Source of the DNA: Candidatus Methanoperedenaceae archaeon
GTDB taxonomy: Archaea; Halobacteriota; Methanosarcinia; Methanosarcinales; Methanoperedenaceae
Direction of reading: 5' to 3'
Assembly (NCBI GenBank): GCA_963753595.1
Contig: CAVWCX010000036.1
Location: 150,349 to 214,348 of the forward strand
Length of the DNA: 64,000 nucleotides
Part shown: piece after piece, positions 30,309 through 40,297 of the stretch
Numbering within the stretch: the first letter of the stretch is position 1
How the letters are laid out: the number at the start of each line of letters is the position of its first letter
Position numbers and translations under genes: made by a program
Notes under the pieces: generated by a model
Seen by the model: the letters and a program-made list of their open reading frames with translations, nothing else
Databases searched by the model: none
Told to the model about the DNA's origin: nothing

Positions 30309-30941
30309 CTAACAACGGTTAATAATAGTACAGGGTCTTGCTGCATCCTTCTTTACATTTAGACTGCCCGGCAGCCTGATAAGTCTCACAATATCGGTTG
30401 TGATCGGGATATCTATCCCTACCCAATTTGGATTAATGATTTTCCTGCCATATTTTGGTCTTATTATGTAGTGACCAAAAAAATCAGCAATCTCTCTGCG
30501 TTCCGGGGTATCCAGTTTTTGTACGCATTTGTCATATACGTGGATGTGATACCCGCGGCTGCCTGAATCCACATAAAGGATGTCCTTGAACCCAAGCCGC
30601 TCTTCCAGTATCATCAATAACTTCTCACTCTGTTTCTTCGCTTCTCTGAGTGTCGGCTTTTCCAGATGGTCAAAATCAATATCGAAAATCAGATCTGCGC
30701 CTTCCCATCCCTTCTTCTTATCTTCCATTGGATAGGCGGCGGGGTCTTTATACTTCGAGGACGAAAAGTAAACGTGATCCGGCGCTGTCTCAATGAGATA
30801 AGTCCTGAGTTTCTGTACTGATGAGAACGCCCTGTGTCTCACCATCTTTTCCCCATTTTTCCTGAACCCAAACTCCCTGCTTGTAAAGTCCGGCGGCTCA
30901 TAGAGAGGAGCATGCCAATAATAATCAGAAATGCTGCTCAA
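30309..30941 (-). CDS. priS: Archaeo-eukaryotic primase catalytic subunit, compact form
   Basis: REFGF, PDHVYFS, DLIFDID, SGSRGYH, IDIPITTD..RLIRLPGS. Confidence 0.88.
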   Translation of the reverse strand: MSSISDYYWHAPLYEPPDFTSREFGFRKNGEKMVRHRAFSSVQKLRTYLIETAPDHVYFSSSKYKDPAAYPMEDKKKGWEGADLIFDIDFDHLEKPTLREAKKQSEKLLMILEERLGFKDILYVDSGSRGYHIHVYDKCVQKLDTPERREIADFFGHYIIRPKYGRKIINPNWVGIDIPITTDIVRLIRLPGSLNVKKDAARPCTIINRC

Positions 30942-31996
30942 GATATCACCTTTTTAGTTTGCTTCTTGTTTTCCAACCACACCTTTCGCCTGTAGTATAC
31001 CAGCGGGTGCACTATCTTCTTACACGATGCCTTTCCTGGACAATTACCATTAGTCGTCATAGTCGCGCAGGTCGGACAGGTATAAGCCGTTCCCGATGCG
31101 CCTGCGATGTGATTTATCTGATAATTGGTATCCTGTTCTTTGAAATCAGGCGATGCCCTGAATATCTCTGTTATCTTCTCAGGCTTCATCCCTATATTCA
31201 ACAGGAAGGTTGTCATTGCAAAGCGCATCGAGTGAGATAGATTAACATTTGCCTGGGCATCGGCTATTGCCGAGCTTATACACGGCGGGAAGCAACCTGA
31301 GCTCACTTCGCTGAATCCCTCTTTACTGAATCCCTGCTTATTTGTACGGATGCTGGCTGCTTCCTGCACCTCATTGATATACTGTTTCAGCGCTTCTTTT
31401 ATTTCTTTCGGCACTTCATGAGGCAGTCCTAACTCCACCTTCTTCCGTACAACCTCCTCCATCAGGCGCGCAAAGTCGCCTTTTGATATTGTCAGCATGC
31501 CCTCCTTTACTGTGCGGTTTGAAAGTTTCCACTTTGGCTCATGCAACACATGGGCATGGTGAATGTAATCTGTGAAGTGTATGGTAGCGCTCATGGTTCT
31601 GGCGTCTACTGTTGCGCTTATGCCAAAATCCGCTGCCAGTTCTCTCAGGTTATCAGCCCTGAAATCCATAATGTGTTCGTATGACAATTTGGCCACTGCG
31701 AGGGCATATCTTTTGGTGAGATATGTATTGTTGATACTTGAAACGATTATCCTGGCGACTGGATAAGCCAGTAATTCCTTATTCGCAGCAAGTTTGTTAT
31801 ATCTTCGATATTTTAGTGTGCCGTTCTGCAGTGCTTCAAGGACACGCCCCTTAGCTGCCGATCGGACGCTTTCATAGGCCAGATCCGTACATACATCAGC
31901 CGAACCAACCCAAGATTCCTTCATATATTCCAGGGCGCCTGTGGTACAGGGGATATTAGCAAAATCTATTATGTCCATTAGCCTCTCATATTTCAA
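30938..31996 (-). CDS. priL: Primase large subunit with Fe-S domain
   Basis: CFPPCI, LSHSMRF, YQINHIAG, YTCPTCATM...C. Confidence 0.88.
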   Translation of the reverse strand: MKYERLMDIIDFANIPCTTGALEYMKESWVGSADVCTDLAYESVRSAAKGRVLEALQNGTLKYRRYNKLAANKELLAYPVARIIVSSINNTYLTKRYALAVAKLSYEHIMDFRADNLRELAADFGISATVDARTMSATIHFTDYIHHAHVLHEPKWKLSNRTVKEGMLTISKGDFARLMEEVVRKKVELGLPHEVPKEIKEALKQYINEVQEAASIRTNKQGFSKEGFSEVSSGCFPPCISSAIADAQANVNLSHSMRFAMTTFLLNIGMKPEKITEIFRASPDFKEQDTNYQINHIAGASGTAYTCPTCATMTTNGNCPGKASCKKIVHPLVYYRRKVWLENKKQTKKVIS

Positions 31997-32032
31997 CCAG
32001 AATCTACTTATCTTATTATAATATAAGTATTA

Positions 32033-32266
32033 CTACTGTAATACAACACCTCTTATCTTCCTTGGCACGATTCCCAGTTCTCTTGCCAGGTCTGCCGTCT
32101 CTGGATCGCTCACGCGCTCCCATGTCAGATTTACAGCTAACTTCAACTTACCCTGTGGTATCAATAACTTCTTTCCATGGTACTCTATTATCTCATAGGG
32201 GAAGGCACTTTTTTCTGATGCTTTCGCCAGCGCATGTAATTTTTTCTCGTTCTCAGGTAACATCAA
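32033..32266 (-). CDS. Hypothetical protein
   Basis: ORF coupled to the upstream gene. Confidence 0.55.
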   Translation of the reverse strand: MMLPENEKKLHALAKASEKSAFPYEIIEYHGKKLLIPQGKLKLAVNLTWERVSDPETADLARELGIVPRKIRGVVLQ

Positions 32267-32543
32267 TCCTCCTTCAAGAGCATGATCGTAAGAATAGGTT
32301 CTGTATTATCCCCAGGACCGCAGATAGCCTTGAGATACACAGTTTCCATCTTTGGATTCCCCGCTTTCGAAGGCATCTGGAAAATAGTCTTGAAATATAG
32401 TGTTTGCGCCGTATCCTTCTGCGACTCTGCAACGTCTATATTTAACTTTTTCATTGCCCTGGCGCTGAAGGAAAACATCGTAAGAACATCCCATAATCTG
32501 CCCTGCACGTCCTGGAAGCCTTTGAGGCTCTCCGGCGGCTCGA

Positions 32544-34561
32544 GTGTGCCTCGAAGCACAAGAAAGAAAGTATATAACAGGACATTTGAAGAGAATGTTA
32601 CAGCGTGAGCAATAACATTTGGTGTCCGCGGGTTAAAATCCCTCCATTTGGGTCTGCTCCCGAATGAAGAGAAAGGGTAGTGCGATATCGCAAGATATGG
32701 TGCGGAGTACCCAAGTATCGTCAACCACAGCCCTAAACAACATGTGAACCGAAAGTGGCCTTAGCGCGATGCGACATCCCTCGAGTAGATGGAAGCTTGA
32801 GCAGTAAGTGAACGCTGGGGTGGTTACGGTAGGGATGGTTGAGAATGCTCTCTTGTGTGACCGGGGGAGGTCTCATAACGTCCTCCTTGAAATTGGATAC
32901 AAACCCTACACGTTTCTGGGTAACTGGATTCCATCGAAAGGAAACAGGTAGCATAGGTATAACCTTATGGGAAAGCCGAAGCAATGCGTTATGAGAAGTC
33001 CGACGAACCCATAGTAGCAATGAAGGTCAGGCCGAGGACATACAGAACCTGCGCCGCAGGGTACAGGAGGCGACTGTACGAGGACAAAACCAGACCCAGC
33101 AAAGGGGTTCTAGATTTGGAAAGAGTTGAGGTGAACAGCACGATAACATCAATCGGATTCAAAGAAAACACCAGAAAAGTAAGCACAGTCAAAATGGCAA
33201 TAAAGCGCTATCTGGTAAATGTATATGAAGATAATGGAATAACTGCTGGAAACCAAAACCGATGGAGACAAAGATGAAAAAGTGGAATCAGCAATACCAT
33301 GACAAATTCAAGGAATTTGCTCTGATACATAAGGTATGGAGCGAGAAGAACCTTGTTCAGGCATGGAAAAGCGTGAAGGCAAATAAAGGAAGTGCTGGAG
33401 TAGATGGAATAACCATTGAACAATTTGAACAAAATCTGCAACAAAACCTAAATGAAATACACAGACTACTCAAAGAAAAACGCTATGAACCCAGGCCGGT
33501 CTTAAGGGTATTAATACCAAAAGACAACGGCAAGATGAGAAAACTTGGGATACCCACAGTCAGGGACAGAGTAGTTCAACAGGCATTAAAGAACGTACTT
33601 GAACCAATCTTTGAAGAAATATTCCTGCCACAAAGCCATGGATACAGACCTAACACTAACGCTCATGCGGCAGTCAGGAAGGGTGAAGTATTCATTAGAA
33701 GAGGCTACCACTGGGTAGTGGATGCCGACATTGAGGGATTCTTCGACCACGTTGACCATCAAATAATGATGGATCTTGTATGCGAAAAAGTCGCAGATGG
33801 CAGAGTTCTTTCTCTCATAGAATCTTTCCTTAAAAGTGGAATAATGAATGATGGTGTATTTGAGGAGAGTATGGAAGGTACTCCCCAGGGAGGAAATATC
33901 AGTCCACTGCTGTCGAATATTTACTTAAATCACTTCGACAGAAGAATGGGGGACTTTGGATATTTGCTCCTCCGATACGCTGATGACATCGTTATTTTCT
34001 GCAAGTTTGTATCAGATGCACAGGATGCACTCAAACGAGCAAAGGAAATTCTGGAAGGAGAATTAAAGTTAAAACTCAGTCCAGAAAAGACCAAAATCGC
34101 TCCTGCAAGAAGTAAGGGAGTTGAATTTCTCGGCTTCCGTTTCAATGGACGTTATAGAAGCCCAAGGGATAAGGCAAAGAAGAAGTTCAAGGAAGAGATA
34201 AAACGACGGACAAGGCGTCAGCAGCCTGTGAACCTTGAAACTGTAATACGTTTCCTCAATCCTGTAATTCGAGGTTGGGGGAATTATTTCAAGGAAGGTA
34301 CAGTAAAGACATTGTTCAGTGAATTGGATGGTTATATAAGGGGACGCTTGAGGAGCTTTGAGGCTAAAAAGCGTAACTGGAACACCATTTTATTCACGCT
34401 TCCTGAGTCTGAACTGAGAAAAATGGGGTTGGCTTCACTTACTTCGTTGCTGAATGAACCTATCTCCTGCAAAGGGAAAAGCCAAACGAAAGCTGCATAC
34501 GGGAAATCCGTTCGTGCAGTTTGATGAGGAGTAGATGGCGAAAGCCATCCGCTTACTCTAG
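32544..34561 (+). mobile_element. Group II intron
   Basis: 5' GTGTG; domain V AAGCTGCATACGGGAAATCCGTTCGTGCAGTTT (34490-34522); domain VI hairpin; internal RT ORF; clean host-gene reconstitution. Confidence 0.9.
33262..34524 (+). CDS. ltrA: Group II intron reverse transcriptase/maturase without endonuclease domain
   Basis: GSAGVDG, RKLGIPTVRDRVVQ, GTPQGG.ISPLLSNIYL, RYADD, FLGF, RGWGNYF. Confidence 0.95.
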   Translation: METKMKKWNQQYHDKFKEFALIHKVWSEKNLVQAWKSVKANKGSAGVDGITIEQFEQNLQQNLNEIHRLLKEKRYEPRPVLRVLIPKDNGKMRKLGIPTVRDRVVQQALKNVLEPIFEEIFLPQSHGYRPNTNAHAAVRKGEVFIRRGYHWVVDADIEGFFDHVDHQIMMDLVCEKVADGRVLSLIESFLKSGIMNDGVFEESMEGTPQGGNISPLLSNIYLNHFDRRMGDFGYLLLRYADDIVIFCKFVSDAQDALKRAKEILEGELKLKLSPEKTKIAPARSKGVEFLGFRFNGRYRSPRDKAKKKFKEEIKRRTRRQQPVNLETVIRFLNPVIRGWGNYFKEGTVKTLFSELDGYIRGRLRSFEAKKRNWNTILFTLPESELRKMGLASLTSLLNEPISCKGKSQTKAAYGKSVRAV

Positions 34562-35362
34562 TGTAACCATTCCATAATGCCTGTGTGACCGCTGTTGGAT
34601 ATACTATACCGGCTTCTTTTGCAGTTTCAGTGACGTCCACAAGCACCCCATCTTCGATTGCTTGGGCGCGGGTGTAGACATCAATCACTTCTCCGAATAC
34701 ACTTTTTATCGATTGATCCCCTGTTTCAGCTTCAATATCCACGAAGGATGGCAGTTCATTTTTAGGTGCATCTATGGGTGACTCGATCTTTGGCTTTATT
34801 AGCGGCTCAAATGGCTTCGAGTAATCCCCGGATACTATCCAATCGACATATGCAGCCAGATTCTCCTTCCGAATGAAAGACTCGCCGAACCCCGGTTTGT
34901 TCATATTTGTGAACATATGCTCATTATAGAGAACAATAGGGTCATCCGCACCGCAGGTATCCGTTACTATATCGAACCCTGGGACTTTACCGGTAGCACT
35001 TATCTCGCACAGCTTCTGAAGGTTATCCGGTCCGACTTCATACCTTCTTGCCCAGACATCCATTGAATGTGTAATGCCGCGGGCGTAGAGAGAAACGATC
35101 TCCCACCCGGGACAGCCTTTCTTATGGTTATGATCCTCTAATAGTAGGTACTGGCCACCATTCGATGTGCCCAGTATGTAGTGATACTTATCAGAGGGAT
35201 CCTCACAGAACGGTTCCAAGTCCACGATCTTGCCTGCATAATAAGCCGCAAGAACTTTCTTGCAATGTGGACACATATATGCGGATACGCACTGGAAGTC
35301 CACGGAGATTATGTCCCGCTTGTTCATATTATAAAAGTATATTCTATGGTTCTTTACTTCGA

Positions 35363-35644
35363 TCATTCCCTCGCTCCTTTAATCATCATTTCAACTCTTG
35401 CTGGCTCTGGAACGAGTGTCATGTCCATTTCTTCTATCTCTTCCTGGCATTCCGGGCAGAAGTATCGTGGAGCCCCGTTGTTATCCGAGTTAAGATCGTA
35501 TTCAATCTCCCTGCCTATGTTCATAACACCATGTCGCTCTTCTACCACTTCAACATGGCTAATCTGAGCGAAGCAGTGCGGACAGTGGATGCTGGGCTTC
35601 TCACATGACCCTTTGAGAATTGGTGGAATGTCTTTCTTAACCAT
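35363..35644 (-). CDS. Small zinc-ribbon protein
   Basis: CPHC...CPEC. Confidence 0.6.
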   Translation of the reverse strand: MVKKDIPPILKGSCEKPSIHCPHCFAQISHVEVVEERHGVMNIGREIEYDLNSDNNGAPRYFCPECQEEIEEMDMTLVPEPARVEMMIKGARE

Positions 35645-35924
35645 GGAGGACGCTCCTTTTCCCTATGCCCAAGACTTCGCGTACTTTCTGTGCTTCAATT
35701 ATTATTTCATCCATACTGCTGTTGACCTGGGAGCGGAACTCTTCCAGATTCTCCGCGGATTCCAAAGCATCCAGTACATCCGACTTTATCATCTGTGCAT
35801 AGTGCTTCAGTTCGTCTATCTGCATCTGGATGGTTTCCGGTAATTCTACATATTTCATAGTGTTCTCCATTCGGTTTCGTAATTTTACTACTCCTTGTTT
35901 CCTGAACACGTCAGATTTCAGCAC
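35637..35924 (-). CDS. Small helical hypothetical protein (true start probably about 35870)
   Basis: ORF; the annotated 5' end runs into hairpin E. Confidence 0.55.
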   Translation of the reverse strand: MLKSDVFRKQGVVKLRNRMENTMKYVELPETIQMQIDELKHYAQMIKSDVLDALESAENLEEFRSQVNSSMDEIIIEAQKVREVLGIGKRSVLHG

Positions 35925-35942
35925 CGCAGTGCGAAATATGGC
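35910..35942. repeat. Dispersed bulged-hairpin element, copy E
   Basis: GTCAGATTTC-A-GCAC-CGCA-GTGC-GAAATATGGC. Confidence 0.9.
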
Positions 35943-36047
35943 ATCATCGAAATATCATTGATACCTTTTGCCGTGTTTCAAGGAGGAGAAAAAAAAGCAT
36001 TCGCAGCCATCCCTGCCTTATCACCCTATTAATCATGATTTCTAGTG

Positions 36048-36079
36048 AAGCTCCCAATCGCAGCAGAGCTGCGGGGTAT
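36048..36079. mobile_element. Isolated IS200/IS605-type end hairpin
   Basis: AAGCTCCC..CGCAGCAGAGCTGCGGGGTAT resembles subterminal palindromes of this family. Confidence 0.4.
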
Positions 36080-36397
36080 AGCGATTAAGATCAACCTTCC
36101 ACTTAGTAACCAACCGCCGTTCTGAAGAACGAGGCATCGGCGCAGGTGCATGAAGTTTTCATTGCATTTGCTACTGTGTGTATATCAACTAAAGGGGGCA
36201 TGAAATTACTGTATTCTAATAATGTGTTGGATATAATATTGCAAATGCTTATGAAAATCAGCAAGTTATTTGGCTTTTGTGTTCATGCATCAGCCTACAA
36301 CTATGAATTCAAATATAATTAATAGCTTTTAGATGCAGTTATAAGCAATTTCATTTAGACAATCGCTGTCCAATATCATTAAAAAATACTAGGTGGG

Positions 36398-37129
36398 TTA
36401 TAAATTCTGCCAATATTCATAGAGACTACGCTCAATATTATTTAGAGGGATATCTTGACTATACTCTCCACCATTAATACCTTTATAATCTACATGAATC
36501 TTACTTTTTGATACGGCATCAGAATATTCATTTTTAAAGAAAATTAATATATGCCAGCCATCATCTTTTTGTAAAACCTGAATGGGAATATGGCCTTCCG
36601 TTCCCATCGTATTTATAAAATATTCCCCCATAAAATTGATATAGATATCAGTAGCAATGGTATTTGTAATATTTTGGCAAAAGATATAAAGGCGTTCATT
36701 GTGTATATTACGCATCATTATTTTGAATATTAGAAATGGTCTTTCTCGTTTTTCTACATCTCCAACATGTCTTTGGACTTGAATCACTTCCATTTTCCAA
36801 CTACGGAGAAGCTCTTCATGACTATTCTTCCATTCCAATAATAATTCTTTTGTATATCTTTTTGGGTCTTTGTCGACCATATCACTACAATTATGACATA
36901 GTAAGATAGCATTCTTATTACTTCCACGCTCTTTTTTTGTTTGGCTTGGGTCATAACGTGAGCCACCTTCACTTGCGGCACTTATATGAGCAACAATTCC
37001 ATCTGATAATGACTTATCTTCATCAGAATGAGGCCCAATTGTTAGATCATGACAATCTGGATTGTTACATATATAACAAGACCTTTCTGCAACTTTTCTT
37101 CTAATGTTCAGTGTAAATTCGTCTCTCAT
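36398..37129 (-). CDS. HNH-nuclease-domain protein
   Basis: CNNPDC ... AHISAASEGGSRYD ... NAILLCHNC..MVD. Confidence 0.8.
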   Translation of the reverse strand: MRDEFTLNIRRKVAERSCYICNNPDCHDLTIGPHSDEDKSLSDGIVAHISAASEGGSRYDPSQTKKERGSNKNAILLCHNCSDMVDKDPKRYTKELLLEWKNSHEELLRSWKMEVIQVQRHVGDVEKRERPFLIFKIMMRNIHNERLYIFCQNITNTIATDIYINFMGEYFINTMGTEGHIPIQVLQKDDGWHILIFFKNEYSDAVSKSKIHVDYKGINGGEYSQDIPLNNIERSLYEYWQNL

Positions 37130-37446
37130 CGAATGACCTCGTTAAAGACAGGCGATTTATTTATAGCCCCATAGCCTTCTTTATCGCTTCAACAGCATAA
37201 AAACTCCTTGTTTTATAGGTATTTCTACACATAGAAGTCATTATAAATAATACGATGAACAAATTCCTTTTCCATGAATGCCTATTCTTTGCAGTTTTAT
37301 CCATGCCCATTTTTAGTGCCATAATTTTTACACTGGTTCAAGATATCCTGAGGTGCACCCAACCCCCATCGTCTTCAGCCACCTATACCCCTTATTAAAG
37401 ATTGAATTTCAATGGGGATAAACCTTATTAATCTACTGCTTTTATT

Positions 37447-38028
37447 TTACAACTTGTAGATCATATAAAATCCAGATTCGTCTATATCATAACCACCTCT
37501 GAATTCGCTACTAACAGAGAACAAATTGGGATGGGGTCTTAAATTACCGGTTTCAGCCTCATCTTTATAATAATAAAGCACCAAACAAAACAGCCCTGCA
37601 ATAGAATTTAAAGTGTTCTGGAGATTAGCATTCTGAAAATCTTTATCTCTCTGATGCTTAACACCGTTATAGGCATTCCACCAGATAGGAGTTTTATTTT
37701 CGTTCCAATTTAACCACGGAGTTAGGGTTAACCCATAGCGTGGAATTTGTATCGTCATAACTCTAATTTTTGGAAAAATCGGATTCAGAATATTTCGATA
37801 GTGTTCAATATTTTCAGCTTTTATACCAGGCTTTTCTTTGGTACATAGGAGTTTGGCGACCACATCAACTTCTGAAGCTGCTGATAAAAGTAGGCGTACC
37901 AATTCTATCGAATAAGTCGTATAATTTTTTTCCGTAAACTCTATATATCTCGATAATTTTTCAGCATCCGAATCAAAGGTTAATAAATAATTCCATTGAA
38001 CAAGCTTGGGATTTTCTTCAATACCCAT
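37447..38028 (-). CDS. Conserved hypothetical protein of accessory islands
   Basis: YSIEL..LL..A.SEVD, P.WW.AYN.VKH.R motifs; low GC. Confidence 0.65.
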   Translation of the reverse strand: MGIEENPKLVQWNYLLTFDSDAEKLSRYIEFTEKNYTTYSIELVRLLLSAASEVDVVAKLLCTKEKPGIKAENIEHYRNILNPIFPKIRVMTIQIPRYGLTLTPWLNWNENKTPIWWNAYNGVKHQRDKDFQNANLQNTLNSIAGLFCLVLYYYKDEAETGNLRPHPNLFSVSSEFRGGYDIDESGFYMIYKL

Positions 38029-38435
38029 GAATATACCTCCTTTGCCTCCTTAATATAAATCCATAGTACGTATGAAGATATGTGTCTATGGATATGTTTC
38101 AATTCGTGTTGGTGTTATTCCAATGTGCAACACATCTCAATTGATTGACCTAAAAATTATCTATATTTCGCATGGTAGGGATTCATAAGGGTATTAAACC
38201 GATAGAACCCATAAATTAAAATAAATGTTCGTTATACAAATAAAATAGCTTTACATTGGCGTATTACTGTATCAAATAAGTTCTCAGGTTGGTATATACA
38301 AGCAAGAAGTATTTTATTTAATTTGAAATATATTACAAAAATATCGTAGATTTGTTTATAAATCATTCAAAAGAGTTTTAGATATATATAAGTCATCACA
38401 ATATATATTTATGTTAAACTATTTGAGTAATTATC

Positions 38436-39749
38436 ATGAGTTATAAAAAATGTATGGTTAAAACTGAAAGATTCTGGGGGTTTGGAGTATGCGAAAGACA
38501 AATAATTAGAGATGAAAAGTGTATATTTCATTTGGCAGACAAGACAGAAGAAGAAGCCCAACAATTCAAAATAGAATTTATGAAAGAATTTGAAAATAAT
38601 GAAGGGGAGCTACATTTTGAAAAAGTTATATTCCCCGATTCAATAGGATTTTTATTAAAAAAAATTGAAAAACCTATTTTTTTTAACGGAGCTCATTTCT
38701 GTAAAGAAGCACTTTTCAATGGGGCTAAATTTAAAGAAAAAGCGGATTTCTCTGGGGCTAAATTCAGTGGTCAGACAGATTTCTGTGAAGCTGAATTTAG
38801 TGGGGAAGGGATTTTCTCGGAGGCTAAATTTAAAAAGAAAGCAGATTTTTCTGAGGCTAAATTCAGTGATGAGACAAATTTCTTTAAAGCCGAATTCAGT
38901 GGGGAAGCAATTTTCTTACGAGCTAAATTCAATAATATAGTATATTTTGATAATGCTATTTTTTGCGGTGAAGTGGATTTCGGATGGGCTAAATTCGATA
39001 AAGCAGCATATTTTCCCGACACTCAGTTCGATAAAAAAGCAGATTTTTATGAGTCTACATTTGAGAGTGAAGGTCTTTTCACAAGGATGATATTTAATAA
39101 TGAATCATTTATTAAATTTAGATATAGCCAATTTCTTAAACCAAAGTATGTACGATTTTATGACGTAAATTTAAGTTTTTTTTCCTTTTTATGCACAGAT
39201 ATAACCGAAGTAGAATTTTTAAAAGAAAAATGGGCAAAAAAGAATGGTAGATGTATTGTCAGGGATGAATCGGAAATTTTGAAAGAGCTCGATACAACAT
39301 ATGATGCAGTAGCTCAATTGTATCGCAGGCTCAGACGGAATTATGAAGATAATTACAGGTTCGCTGAAGCTGGCGATTTCTTCATGGGCGAGATGGAGAT
39401 GCGGAGACTTGATGTAACCCCACGATTTAGGAATAAAAACATAAAAAAGATAGAATTGTTGTTTAAGAGGAACTTTTCTCTATTAGGCATATACAAACAT
39501 CTAAGTCTTTATGGGGAAAGTTATTTTCGTCCTGCAATTTGTGCTTCAATTGTTATAATATTTTATCCATTGATAATTCATTGGCTATTAAATTTGCGTC
39601 TACCTGATGATTCTCTTACTTATTTGAGAACAAGCGCTTCTTCTTTTTTCCAAATGGATAACAAATATGTTGGGGAACGGCTATTAGGCATTCTAATACT
39701 TGGCTTGTTTTTCATTTCTTTAAAGAGAAAATTTGAAAGAAAAAGATGA
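38436..39749 (+). CDS. Pentapeptide-repeat protein with C-terminal membrane segment
   Basis: Repeated A.F...ADFS.AKF units; YGES + TM helices. Confidence 0.85.
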   Translation: MSYKKCMVKTERFWGFGVCERQIIRDEKCIFHLADKTEEEAQQFKIEFMKEFENNEGELHFEKVIFPDSIGFLLKKIEKPIFFNGAHFCKEALFNGAKFKEKADFSGAKFSGQTDFCEAEFSGEGIFSEAKFKKKADFSEAKFSDETNFFKAEFSGEAIFLRAKFNNIVYFDNAIFCGEVDFGWAKFDKAAYFPDTQFDKKADFYESTFESEGLFTRMIFNNESFIKFRYSQFLKPKYVRFYDVNLSFFSFLCTDITEVEFLKEKWAKKNGRCIVRDESEILKELDTTYDAVAQLYRRLRRNYEDNYRFAEAGDFFMGEMEMRRLDVTPRFRNKNIKKIELLFKRNFSLLGIYKHLSLYGESYFRPAICASIVIIFYPLIIHWLLNLRLPDDSLTYLRTSASSFFQMDNKYVGERLLGILILGLFFISLKRKFERKR

Positions 39750-39870
39750 AAAAAAACAATTTCAGATGTTATGTGTTTCTTAAGATATCCATTCATTTTT
39801 TTTCATAGTTCAGCACTCTTCGAGTTCGACGAGTAGACCGAGCATAAGCACGGATAATGAACGAAGATTA

Positions 39871-40296
39871 CCCCGTAAGCTGTGCCTTCGCAGGCTTCGA
39901 ACCTCACCCCAAACCCCTTAGGGGCTTCTACCCAACAATTCAAAGGGCTTTCTACCCCAACCCCATACTTGAAAGTACAGGGCGTGATAGCGTTTTTGCT
40001 TATAAAATTCTCTCACAGTTTTGAGAAGAAATGCACTTCTCCACTACTTCCCAGCCCTGCCCGACAGAGCCGTGGTAGCAGCCGGGAGCCCAGAGATGAC
40101 CTTCACACCAATCTCTGATATGTGGGAATTCCTGTCTCAATATCCTGCTTGATTTTCTTTTGATTTTCTTGGCAATAAAACTAATGACATATTTCGGCGG
40201 GTATTGGAAAAATATGTGGACATGGTTCATATTCACGGCAATATCTATAATTTTTATGCCCATTTCCACGCATGTTCCCTGATAATACCCTCCCCA
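39871..40296 (-). mobile_element. tnpA: Truncated IS200/IS605 element: tnpA fragment plus end palindromes
   Basis: HVHIF HUH motif, LWAPGCY..SVG; catalytic Tyr position reads Cys; N-terminus missing; CCCCTTAGGGG palindrome. Confidence 0.8.
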
Positions 40297-40297
40297 T

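Larger units (their letters stand above)
32263..35366 (-). pseudogene. DUF6573-like gene interrupted by an antisense group II intron
   Basis: YTRAQAIEDGVLVDV...ALWNGY on one side and EPPES...GRLWDVL on the other; removing 32544-34561 gives in-frame GYIEPP (361 aa). Confidence 0.8.

Noticed and set aside
33262-34524. RT as part of a DGR, retron or defence RT
   Set aside because: It has group II intron maturase motifs and is embedded in recognisable intron ends (GTGTG, domains V and VI); no Avd-like gene or TR/VR pair is visible.
38700-39060. Periodic DNA repeats in the 38436 gene
   Set aside because: Explained by pentapeptide-repeat protein coding.
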